Assembly: GCA_016190145.1 (NCBI GenBank)
Contig: JACPRD010000135.1
Location: 28,680 to 92,679 of the forward strand
From: Planctomycetota bacterium
Lineage (GTDB): Bacteria; Planctomycetota; MHYJ01; WSZJ01
Direction: 5' to 3'
Length of the DNA: 64,000 bases
Shown: positions 1 through 9,419 of the stretch, one piece after another
Numbering within the stretch: the first letter of the stretch is position 1
How the letters are laid out: each line of letters begins with the position of its first letter
The notes under the pieces: generated by a model
Told to the model about the DNA's origin: nothing
The model's database searches: none
The model's input: only the letters and a program-made list of their open reading frames with translations
Position numbers and translations under genes: made by a program

Positions 1-494
1 AGTACCTGCTCGACTGGGAGCCGCGGGGCGAAAAGGGAATCCCGTACTTCCCCACTCCCGACATGTGCTGCGAGATCGTCGACTGGATGGAAATGCTGCA
101 CAACATCGACGACGCGCTCGGGGTGTGCGCCGGCATGGCGTCCTTCTGCCTGAAGCCGCCCTACCACATCAACAACTACCCCCAGCTGATTTCGGCCGCG
201 ACGGGGATGGACGTGGACCGCGACGAGCTCAAGCGGAAAGTGAACCGGAGCCGCAACCTGCACCGCGCGTTCAACAACCGCCGGGGGATGGCGCGGGCCG
301 ACGAGAAGCCGCCCAAGGACCACTGGAAGAACCGCTTCCCCGAGCTCGAGGAAAACCTGCTCACCACCTACTACCGGTACAAGGGCTGGAACGACAACGG
401 CATTCCGACGAGGAAGCGGCTGGAGGAGCTGGATCTGGGGTACGTCGCCGACGACCTCGAAAAGAGAGGGGTCCTGACCAATGGCCACGGTTAA
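1..494 (+). CDS. bamB: Class II benzoyl-CoA reductase W-pterin catalytic subunit (AOR family), 3' part only
   Basis: Frame open from base 3: YLLDWEPRGEKGIPYFPTPDMCCEIVDW..KPPYHINNYP..HWKNRFPELE..YYRYKGWNDNGIPT resembles the BamB C-terminus as I recall it; followed by bamC-I order. Confidence 0.88.
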   Translation, partial: YLLDWEPRGEKGIPYFPTPDMCCEIVDWMEMLHNIDDALGVCAGMASFCLKPPYHINNYPQLISAATGMDVDRDELKRKVNRSRNLHRAFNNRRGMARADEKPPKDHWKNRFPELEENLLTTYYRYKGWNDNGIPTRKRLEELDLGYVADDLEKRGVLTNGHG

Positions 495-1014
495 GAAGCG
501 CATCAGGACGATCAAGGTCGACGCGGACAAGTGCAACGGCTGCCGCGGGTGCGAGGTGATCTGCTCCGCGATCCATGCGCAGCCCAAGTACAGCAGCGTC
601 AACCCGGCGCGGTCGCGCATCCGGGTGATCACGCACCGGCTGCAGGACATCTGGCTGCCGGTGTTCGCGGGCGAGTACGCCCGCTCCGAGTGCGCGGGGC
701 GCGAGGTCTACACGATCGCGGGCAAGCAATACGACGAGTGCGGCTTCTGCCGGGCTTCGTGCCCTTCACGCGGGCTGTTCAAGGAACCCGACTCCGGGCT
801 GCCGCTGAAATGCGACATGTGCGAGGGGGAGGACAGGCCGCAGTGCGTGGAGTGGTGCCTGAGCCACGTCCTCACGTACGAGGAGCGGGAAGAGGAAGTA
901 GAGGAGGAGGCGGAGAAGCTGGAGGACCTGCAGATCGGGCTGGAGGCGCTGGCGGACAAGTTCGGGGTGGAAAAGGTGAAGGATGCGATGGCCCGGCTGA
1001 GCAGGAGCGAGTAG
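481..1014 (+). CDS. bamC: BCR 4Fe-4S subunit
   Basis: CNGCRGCEVIC, NPARSRIRV, CGFCRASC, CDMC..C..C; overlaps bamB stop. Confidence 0.87.
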   Translation: MATVKKRIRTIKVDADKCNGCRGCEVICSAIHAQPKYSSVNPARSRIRVITHRLQDIWLPVFAGEYARSECAGREVYTIAGKQYDECGFCRASCPSRGLFKEPDSGLPLKCDMCEGEDRPQCVEWCLSHVLTYEEREEEVEEEAEKLEDLQIGLEALADKFGVEKVKDAMARLSRSE

Positions 1015-1018
1015 TGAC

Positions 1019-2173
1019 ATGGAAACCAAGGCGCCGGTTCCGGAGATCGTCGACGAGGTGAAGGCGGCCGGCGGGCACACGTACCGGCTCTGCTACCAGT
1101 GCGGGAAGTGCGACGCGGTCTGTCCGTGGAACCGCGTCCGGTCGTTCAGCATGCGCAAGACGATCCGGGAGGCGTCGCTGGGCATCCCCGAGATAGAGAG
1201 CGACGACCTCTGGCGGTGCACGACGTGCGGGACCTGCCCGCAGAAATGTCCGCGGGGGGTCGACCAGATCAAGCTGGGCGTTTCGCTGCGCCGGGTCGCG
1301 ACGAACTACGACGTGCTCGGCGCTTCCGCGGGCGCGATCCGCTCGGCGAGGGGCAACCTCGCGACGCGGGGGAATCCTTTCGGGGAGGAGCGGGCCGCGC
1401 GGACGGGGTCGGCGGAGGGGCTGGCCGTGAAGCCGTTCGCCGAGGGGATGGAGATGCTGTTCTTCGGGTGCTGCTACCTCAGCTACGACGCGAGGCTGAA
1501 GAAGGTCGCGCGGGCGGCGGTCGAGATCCTGAACAGGGCCGGGGTCGACTTCGGCGTCCTGGGCTCCGCGGAGAGCTGCTGCGGCGAGAGCATCCGCAAG
1601 ACGGGCGCGGAGAAGGTGTTCCGGGACCTGGCGCGGGAGAACATCAAGGCGTTCATCGATCGCGGCGTGAAGAAGATCGTCGTCGCTTCGCCCCACTGCT
1701 ACGAGGCGTTCCGGAAGGACTACGCGGAGTTCATGGTGAACTTCGAGGTCCTCCACATTTCGCAGCTCCTGCTCCCCCTTCTCCGGGAAGGGCGGCTCAA
1801 GGTCACGGGCGAGTACCGGAAGAAGGTGACGTACCACGATCCGTGCTACCTGGGCCGGCACAACGGGATCTACGACGAGCCCCGGGAGGTTCTTCGCCAC
1901 ATCCCCGGCCTGGACCTCGTCGAGATGCGCGACACGCGCCAGAACAGCCTGTGCTGCGGCGGCGGGGGCGGCGGCGTGTGGATGGAGACGCCGAAGAAGG
2001 AGCGCTTCTCCAACCTGCGCGTGAAACAGGCTGTGGACGCCGGGGCCGCGGTGCTGGCGACGGCGTGCCCTTACTGCATCACGATGTTCGAAGAAAGCCG
2101 TCTCGGCCTCGAGGCGGAAGGCTCCCTGGAAGTCCGGGACATCACCGAGATCGTTCGCGACGTGACCCACTAA
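1019..2173 (+). CDS. bamD: HdrBC/HdrD-like Fe-S protein with CCG domains
   Basis: CYQCGKCDAVCP, CTTCGTCPQKCP, ESCCG, YHDPCYLGR, CCGGGGG, TACPYC. Confidence 0.87.
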   Translation: METKAPVPEIVDEVKAAGGHTYRLCYQCGKCDAVCPWNRVRSFSMRKTIREASLGIPEIESDDLWRCTTCGTCPQKCPRGVDQIKLGVSLRRVATNYDVLGASAGAIRSARGNLATRGNPFGEERAARTGSAEGLAVKPFAEGMEMLFFGCCYLSYDARLKKVARAAVEILNRAGVDFGVLGSAESCCGESIRKTGAEKVFRDLARENIKAFIDRGVKKIVVASPHCYEAFRKDYAEFMVNFEVLHISQLLLPLLREGRLKVTGEYRKKVTYHDPCYLGRHNGIYDEPREVLRHIPGLDLVEMRDTRQNSLCCGGGGGGVWMETPKKERFSNLRVKQAVDAGAAVLATACPYCITMFEESRLGLEAEGSLEVRDITEIVRDVTH

Positions 2174-2185
2174 AGGACGAGCCCC

Positions 2186-5100
2186 ATGCAGAAGACTCAG
2201 CGCGAAGTCCGCCAGGCAGACGTCATGGTGATCGGCGGCGGGATCAGCGGCATCCAGGCCGCGCTCGACGCGGCCGGCGCCGGCTTCAAGGTCACCCTGG
2301 TCGAGAAGGGACCGAGCCTGGGGGGCCACATGGCGCAGCTCGACAAGACCTTCCCGACGAACGACTGCTCCATCTGAATCCTCGCACCAAAAATGGTGGA
2401 GGTTCTCCGCCATCCGAACATCGAGGTCCTCTCCTACTCGGAAGTCAGCCGGGTGGAGGGATCCGCGGGGGATTTCCGCGTCTCCGTGACCCGCAAGCCG
2501 CGCTACATCGACGAGGACATCTGCACGGGCTGCGGCTCGTGCGTGAAGTACTGCCCCAAGCCGTCGCCCGACCTGTTCAACCGGGAGATCAAGGACGGAA
2601 AGGCCGTGCACATCTACTTCTCCCAGGCCATTCCGCTGGTCGCCTACATCGACGAGAACTGCCTCGAGCTGACCGAGGGCAAGTGCGACATCTGCCGCGG
2701 CGTGTGCCAGAACAAGGCCATCGACTTCCGGCAGACGGCGGAGACCGTGGAGATCCGGGTCGGGGCGATCATCCTGTCCACCGGGATCGCGCCGTTCGAC
2801 CCCGCGGCGGTGGAAGACTACGGCTACAAACGCTTCCCGAACGTGATCACCGGCATGGATTACGAACGCCTCCTCTCCGCGACCGGGCCGTGGCAGGGGC
2901 GCATCCTCCGCGCGTCCGACGGGAAACATCCCGGGAAGATCGCCTGGATCTCCTGCGTCGGTTCCCGGCGCGTCACCGCGGGAGAGCACAGCTACTGCTC
3001 CGGCGTCTGCTGCGCGTACACGCAGAAGCAGGTGATCCTGACGAAGGAGCATGAAGCCGACGCGGAATGCACCGTCTTCCACAACGACATCCGCGCGATG
3101 GGCAAGGACTTCGAGCGGTACTACCAGAGAGCGGCCGAACTCCCCGGCGTCCGCTTTGTCCGGGGCTACCCCGCCATCGCCGGCGAACGCCCCGATACTC
3201 ACAACGTCGTCCTGAGATACGCGACTGCGAACGACGGCGTGAAGGAAGAGGAGTTCGACCTTGTCGTGCTTTCCGTCGGCCTGAGCCCCTCCGCCGATTC
3301 CCGGAAGATCGCCGGCACGCTCGGGCTGGAGCTCAACGCGCACGGGTTCGCGCGGACGAGCTACGCGAATCCCCTCGGGACGTCCCGCGCCGGGATCTTC
3401 GTGAGCGGCGGCCTGCAGGGGCCGATCGACATCCCCGAGTCGGTCTTCGGCGCCAGCGGAGCCGGCGCGCAGGTCGGCGAGCTCCTCGACTACCGGCGGG
3501 GACTCCTGGCCGAAAAGCGCGTCTACCCGCCCGAGACGAACTGCGCCGGGAAGGAGCCGCGGATCGGCGTCTTCGTCTGCCACTGCGGCGAGAACATCGC
3601 CAGCGTCGTGGACACCCGCTCCGTCGTCGAGTACGCCCGCAAGCTGCCCAACGTCGTCCATGCCCAGCAACAGCTCTTCTCGTGCGCCAACAACTCCATC
3701 AACGAAATCCGGGAACTCGCGACGGGAAAGGGGCTCAACCGCGTCGTGATCGCCGCCTGCTCGCCCCGGACCCTCGAAGCCCTCTTCAGGGACACGCTCC
3801 GTGAAGCCGGGCTCAACCCGTACTTCTGCGAGATGGCGAACATCCGCGAGCAGTGCTCCTGGGTCCATTCGAAGCAGAAGGAAGCGGCGACGCAGAAGGC
3901 GAAGGACATCGTCCGGATGTCCGTCGCGCGCGCGGGACACCTGGAGCCGCTTCAGGGATTCGACCTCCCCGTCCACAAGACGACGCTCGTCGTCGGCGGC
4001 GGGATCGCGGGCATGACCTGCGCGCTGGCGCTCGCCCGGCAGGGATATCCCGTGCATCTCGTGGAGAAGTCGAAGGAGCTGGGCGGGATGGCCCGGCGGA
4101 TTCACGCGACGCTCGAGGGCATGGACGTGCAGGCGTACGTGCAGGAACAGGTCGGGGCGATCTACCGGCATCCGCTCGTCCACGTGTCGCACGGCGCGTC
4201 GATCAGGAGCGTGTCCGGCTACGTGGGCAACTTCACGACGGTCGTGGAGGCCGAAGGCCGCACCCGGGAGATCCGCCACGGCGCCGCCGTCATCGCCACG
4301 GGCGCGGACGTCCATCGCCCCGCCGAGTACCTCTACGGAGAAAACGAGCGCGTGCTCACCCACCTCGAGCTGGGCGAGCGCCTCGCGCTGAAGGACGCCG
4401 CCGTCGCCGGCGCCCGGAGCGTCGTCATGATCCAGTGCGTCGGCTGCCGGAACGCCGACCGCAACTACTGCAGCCGCGTGTGCTGCAGCCACGCCGTCAA
4501 GAACGCGCTGAAACTGAAAGAGCTCAACCCGAAAACGTCCGTCACGATCCTCTACAGGGACATGCGCACGTACGGGTTCAAGGAGGACTTCTATCGCGAA
4601 GCGGCGGACAAAGACGTCGCTTTCGCCCGGTACGAGCCGGAAAACAAGCCGCAGGTTGAAGCGGCCGTCAACGAGCAGGGGGAGCCCTGCCTCCGGATCC
4701 GCGTGGCGGATCCCATCCTGGGCTGCCAGCTCGAACTGACCGCCGATCTCGTGTCCCTCGCGGCCGCGGTGATCCCCTCCGCCTCCACACGGGAGATCGC
4801 TTCCCTGTTCAAGCTGCCGCTGAGCCCCGACGGATTCTTCAAGGAAGCCCACGTCAAGCTGCGCCCCGTCGAGTTCGCCACGGAAGGCGTGTACCTGTGC
4901 GGGATGGCCCATTACCCCAAGCACATCGAGGAGACGATCAAGCAGGCGTACGGCGCGGCGGGCCGGGCCATGACGCTCCTCGCCCACGACACCGTCGCGG
5001 CTTCCGGATCCGTGTGCGAAGTCAACGAGCCCGAGTGCGTCACGTGCGGCGCGTGCATCACCGCCTGCGCGTACGGGGCCATCGAATTCCACGAGGGCCC

Positions 5101-5248
5101 GGCCGGTAAGCGCGCCCGCGTGAATCCGATCCTCTGCAAGGGGGACGGGCTCTGCTGCACCAAGTGTCCGACGTCCGCCATCAGGATGAAGCACTTCACA
5201 CAGGAGTCGCTGTTGAGCCAGATCGAGGCGGCCGTCGCGCAGGTTTAG
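2186..5248 (+). CDS. bamE: HdrA-like flavoprotein, predicted selenoprotein (TGA 2375-2377)
   Basis: ORFs 2186-2377 and 2393-5248 are in one frame; [21 protein letters not shown] matches HdrA DCxxC; two Rossmann motifs (GGGISG, GGGIAG) and ferredoxin motifs. Confidence 0.9.
2380..2402 (+). promoter_or_regulatory. Candidate SECIS-like hairpin for bamE
   Basis: cctc-g-cacca-aaaa-tggtg-gagg right after the TGA; the loop lacks the usual G. Confidence 0.45.
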
Positions 5249-5262
5249 AGAGGAGAGGACCG

Positions 5263-6042
5263 ATGATCGCGGGCGTCGAATTCAGGCCGAAAATCCTCGG
5301 GCTCTTCTGCCACTGGTGAGCGTACGGAGCGGCGGACACGGCGGGAGTTTCCCGCCTCCAGTACGAGAGCGAGATCCGGGTCATCCGCGTGATGTGTTCG
5401 GGTCGGGTCGACCTGGACCTGATCCTCAAGGCGTTCGAGGTCGGCCACGACGGGGTGCTGATCGGCGGCTGCATGCTGAACCAGTGCAATTACGTGACGC
5501 AGGGAAACTACGACGCGCTGGGCAACACGTACATCGGCCGAAACCTGCTGGCGCGGATCGGTCTGAATCCCGAGAGGCTGGGCATCGAGTTCATGTCCGG
5601 CGGCGACGGCAAGCGGCTGGCCGACGCCGTCAACGGCTTCTCCGCGAACGTGAAGAAGCTGGGGCCGCTGGGCGAGGCGGAGGGGATCGGGAGGGCGGAG
5701 ATGGGCGAGGCCCTGGCGGCCGTCCGGAGCATGACGCCCTGGCTCAAGCTGGTGGAGCGCGAGAAGCTGCGCGTTCCCGAGCGGACGGAGGAGGGATACC
5801 ACAGGTTTTTCGCGAGCGAGGAAACGATGCGGCTCATGGACGAGTGGATCGGCGGCACCGTGACCATCGGCCGGATCCTGCACCTGCTCCGCCGGAAACC
5901 GCATTCGACGGGCGAGATCGCCGGATTCCTGAAGCTGAGCCCTTCGGAAGTCGCCCGGCACATGAATACCTCGTCCCGTCAGGGCTGGGTCGCGTACGAC
6001 ATCGACTCCCGCCGTTATTCGCTTCCCCTGGGCCAGGAGTAG
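5263..6042 (+). CDS. bamF: MvhD-like 2Fe-2S subunit, predicted selenoprotein (TGA 5317-5319), with C-terminal winged-HTH-like tail
   Basis: GAGGAG RBS, ATG 5263: MIAGVEFRPKILGLFCHW-TGA-AYGAADTAG..IRVMCSGRV, in frame with ORF 5389-6042; MvhD CxWCxY motif. Confidence 0.9.
5340..5356 (+). promoter_or_regulatory. Candidate SECIS hairpin for bamF
   Basis: ggcggga-gtt-tcccgcc; G-starting loop about 28 nt after the TGA. Confidence 0.6.
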
Positions 6043-6045
6043 ACC

Positions 6046-6498
6046 ATGGAAATGAAAACCATCGACGGCATCATCGAGCGTCACCAGGTCGAGCCCAGCG
6101 CGCTCATCCAGATCCTGCTGGAGATCCAGAGGGAGTACCACTGGCTTCCCCAGCCGGCGCTGCACGAGGTCGGCCGCCGGCTGCAGGTGCCGATGTCGCG
6201 CATCCAGCACGTCGCGACCTTCTACAAGGCGTTCAGCATGGTCCCGAAAGGGCGCCACCGGGTGAACATCTGCATGGGGACCGCATGCCACGTGCGCGGC
6301 GCTTCGCGCATCCTGGAGACCGTGCAGGAGCACGCGGGCGTCGGGCCGGGGGAGACGGACCTGGAGCACAAGTTCAGCGTCGAGACGGTCAACTGCATCG
6401 GCTGCTGCGCGCTGGGACCCGTGATCGACGTCAACGGGAAGATCCACGGCAGGTTGACCCGGGCGGAGACGGCTGGAGTGCTGGAGAGGTGCGAGTAG
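6046..6498 (+). CDS. bamG: NuoE-like 2Fe-2S subunit
   Basis: VATFYKAF, CMGTAC, CIGCCALGP. Confidence 0.86.
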   Translation: MEMKTIDGIIERHQVEPSALIQILLEIQREYHWLPQPALHEVGRRLQVPMSRIQHVATFYKAFSMVPKGRHRVNICMGTACHVRGASRILETVQEHAGVGPGETDLEHKFSVETVNCIGCCALGPVIDVNGKIHGRLTRAETAGVLERCE

Positions 6499-6506
6499 GG
6501 GGAACC

Positions 6507-8435
6507 ATGGCGAAATTCCTGACGCCCGAAGATCTGGAGCAGTTCCGGCGGACGCTCCTCTCCCAAAGGGACGCGAAGAAGCCCTGCGTTTCCGTCTGCA
6601 CGGGCACGGCGTGCCTCGCCAACAGCGCCGCCGAAGTCATGGAAGCGGTTTCGAGCGAGACCGCCCGGAAGGGACTTGCGGCGAGCGTGGACGTCAGAAG
6701 CACGGGGTGCCACGGCTTCTGCGAGCGGGGCCCGGTCGTGGTCGTCAACCCCGAGGAGACCTGCTATCTCGGCGTGTCGCCGAAGGACGCGACGGAGATC
6801 CTCTCGCAGACCATCGAGAACGGAAAGGTGGTCGACCGCCTGCTCTACGCGAACCCGGTCACGGGCGAGAAAACCGCCGTCGAGTCGGACATCCCCTTCT
6901 ACAAGGGCCAGACGCGGACTCTGCTTTCGAGCAACCTCCGGATCGACCCGAAGAGCCTGGACGACTACGTGTCGATCGGCGGGTACTCCGCGCTCAGCAA
7001 GGCGCTGTCCCGGCTGACGCCGGAGCAGGTCATCGACACGGTCAAGAAGTCGAAGATCCGCGGCCGGGGCGGCGCGGGTTTTCCGACGGGCATCAAGTGG
7101 GAAGGCTCGCGCCAGGCTCCGGGAGAGATCAAGTACGTGATCGTGAACGCCGACGAAGGCGATCCCGGGGCTTCCATGGACCGGACGCTCATGGAGGGAA
7201 ACCCGCATTCGATTCTCGAGGGGCTGATCATCGGCGGCTACGCCGTCGGCGCGCAGGAAGGATACGTCTACGTCCGGCAGGAGTACCCGCTCGCGGTGGA
7301 GAACATCCTGCTGGCGATCGAGCAGGCCGAGGCGCACGGCCTTCTCGGAAGGAACATCCTCGGTTCCGGATTCGATTTCGCCGTCAAGGTGCACCGCGGC
7401 GGCGGCGCGTTCGTGTGCGGCGAGTCGACGGCGCTGATGACGGCGCTGGAGGGGCGCGCGGGCGAGCCCCGGCCGAAGTACGTCCGCTCCAACGTCCGCG
7501 GCCTCTGGAACCGGCCCAGCGTGCTCAACAACGTCGAGACGTGGGCCAACATCCCGCTGATCGTCAACAACGGCGCCGACTGGTTCACGCGGATCGGGAC
7601 CGAGAACAGCACGGGCACCAAGATCTTCTCGCTCGTCGGCAAGATCGCCCACACCGGCCTCGTCGAGGTCCCGATGGGGATCTCCCTGCGCGACATCATC
7701 TTCAAGATCGGGGGCGGCATCCCCGGCGGGAAGAAATTCAAGGCGGTCCAGACCGGCGGCCCTTCCGGCGGATGCCTCCCGGAAAACCTGCTGGACCTCG
7801 GCGTGGATTTCGACGAGCTGGAAAAGGCCGGCTCCATGATGGGTTCCGGCGGCATGATCGTCATGGACGAGGACACCTGCATGGTGGACGTTGCCCGCTA
7901 CTTCGTTCATTTCCTCACCGACGAGTCCTGCGGCAAGTGCGTCCCCTGCCGCGAGGGCCTCCGGCAGATGGACAGGATCCTGACGCGCATCACCGAGGGT
8001 CAGGGGAAGGAAGGCGACCTCGAGATCCTCGAGGACCTGTCGGTCGTCCTCGAGGAGGCCTCGCTCTGCGCCCTCGGGAAGAGCGCCCCCAACCCGTTCC
8101 GGAGCACCCTTCGCTACTTCCGCCACGAGTACGAGGCGCACATCCGGGAGAAGCGCTGCCCGGCGCTGTTCTGCAAAAAGCTGGTTTCGTTCTACATCGA
8201 GCCCGACAAGTGCCGCGCATGCATGATCTGCATGAAGAAGTGTCCCGTCCACGCCATCGACGGGGCCAAGCGGAAGATCCACATCATCGATCAGAACACC
8301 TGCAACCATTGCGGCACGTGCCTGGAAGTCTGCCCCGCGAGGTTCGACGCGGTGCGGGCGATTTCCGGCCGGCCGGTTCCGCCTCCGATCGCCGAGGAGC
8401 GGAGAATGGTCGCCATCATGGGCAAGGAATCATGA
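6507..8435 (+). CDS. bamH: NuoF-like NADH/FMN-binding subunit
   Basis: ATG 6507; RGRGGAGFPTGIKW, NADEGDPG, CGESTAL, ESCGKCVPCREG, C-terminal 2x4Fe-4S. Confidence 0.88.
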   Translation: MAKFLTPEDLEQFRRTLLSQRDAKKPCVSVCTGTACLANSAAEVMEAVSSETARKGLAASVDVRSTGCHGFCERGPVVVVNPEETCYLGVSPKDATEILSQTIENGKVVDRLLYANPVTGEKTAVESDIPFYKGQTRTLLSSNLRIDPKSLDDYVSIGGYSALSKALSRLTPEQVIDTVKKSKIRGRGGAGFPTGIKWEGSRQAPGEIKYVIVNADEGDPGASMDRTLMEGNPHSILEGLIIGGYAVGAQEGYVYVRQEYPLAVENILLAIEQAEAHGLLGRNILGSGFDFAVKVHRGGGAFVCGESTALMTALEGRAGEPRPKYVRSNVRGLWNRPSVLNNVETWANIPLIVNNGADWFTRIGTENSTGTKIFSLVGKIAHTGLVEVPMGISLRDIIFKIGGGIPGGKKFKAVQTGGPSGGCLPENLLDLGVDFDELEKAGSMMGSGGMIVMDEDTCMVDVARYFVHFLTDESCGKCVPCREGLRQMDRILTRITEGQGKEGDLEILEDLSVVLEEASLCALGKSAPNPFRSTLRYFRHEYEAHIREKRCPALFCKKLVSFYIEPDKCRACMICMKKCPVHAIDGAKRKIHIIDQNTCNHCGTCLEVCPARFDAVRAISGRPVPPPIAEERRMVAIMGKES

Positions 8436-9064
8436 GCACAGTCCACCTGACAATCGACGGAAAGGACGTCGAGGCGGAAGAAGGAACGAGCCTGCTGGCG
8501 GCGGCCCGGAGCGCGGGAATCCCGATTCCGACGCTCTGCCACCACGACAAGCTCGAGGCGCTGGGCGGCTGCCGCCTCTGCATGGTGGAAGTGGAATCCC
8601 GTGGAAAGACGCGGCTCGTCGTCTCCTGCGTCTACACGGTCGAGAAAGGACTGACGGTCCGGACGCGGTCCGCGAAGCTGGAGCGGATCCGCAAGGGCAT
8701 CCTGGAGCTCCTGCTCGCCCACGCGCCGGACTCCCCGCAACTCGCCGAGCTGGCGCGCGAGTACGGCGCAGACCGGAACCGCTACGAGCCGGAATCCTTG
8801 TTCTGCATCCTCTGCGGTCTCTGCGTCCGCTACTGCGCCGAAGTCGTCGGAAAGCACGCGGTAGGTTTCATCGACCGCGGCATCCGCAAGGAGATCAGCT
8901 TCATTCCGGAAATCGCCGCGAAGGAGTGCGACGCCTGCAAGGCCTGCTTCCCGCTCTGCCCGACGTCGTATCTGCAGGCGGCTTACGTGCTGACGGGATC
9001 GCTCGTGTTTCCCGACGGGTGCTCCACTGCATTTCAGTCGTCCAGAGGGCCATCCTCGCCATGA
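8432..9064 (+). CDS. bamI: NuoG N-terminal-like Fe-S subunit
   Basis: ATGA overlap with bamH; IPTLCHH, GGCRLCMVE, CILCGLCVRYC, CDACKACFPLCP. Confidence 0.85.
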   Translation: MSTVHLTIDGKDVEAEEGTSLLAAARSAGIPIPTLCHHDKLEALGGCRLCMVEVESRGKTRLVVSCVYTVEKGLTVRTRSAKLERIRKGILELLLAHAPDSPQLAELAREYGADRNRYEPESLFCILCGLCVRYCAEVVGKHAVGFIDRGIRKEISFIPEIAAKECDACKACFPLCPTSYLQAAYVLTGSLVFPDGCSTAFQSSRGPSSP

Positions 9065-9419
9065 ATGCAGCGCAAGGAAAAGAGGCTCATTCGGAAAACG
9101 CGTACTTCTCGACGCAAGTCCTTGAGCACGCTCATCCTGCCCAACGCCCCCCCAACCTGGTGCAGGGCCGTTGGGGAGGGTGAGCGGGTTTCTCCCCATG
9201 CTCCTGTGAGCGGAGGTATCCCCCCCTCAAGCGAGCTTGCCGGCCAGGAGGCACTCGCGGATACCACACGGGCCCCCCGATGCCAGGTTCCCCCCCCTCG
9301 GGCAGTACGGGTTTCCCGGATGATCCAGAATCATGCGAAGTCTGGCATCGGTCAACTTATTGCTCCCCAGCGCAATCTCCACGAGAAAGGCCTCTGCAGT
9401 CGTGCTAGAACAACGGTCC

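Noticed and set aside
2186-6042. bamE and bamF as pseudogenes
   Set aside because: Both stops are TGA exactly at conserved Cys positions with hairpins downstream; Sec is the simpler explanation
872-8309. Long minus-strand ORFs (872-5194, 6222-8309)
   Set aside because: Antisense shadows of GC-rich bam genes with no motifs
1019-9064. Methanogen Hdr/Mvh, complex I or hydrogenase
   Set aside because: No membrane Nuo or hydrogenase catalytic subunit; order after bamBC matches bamD-I
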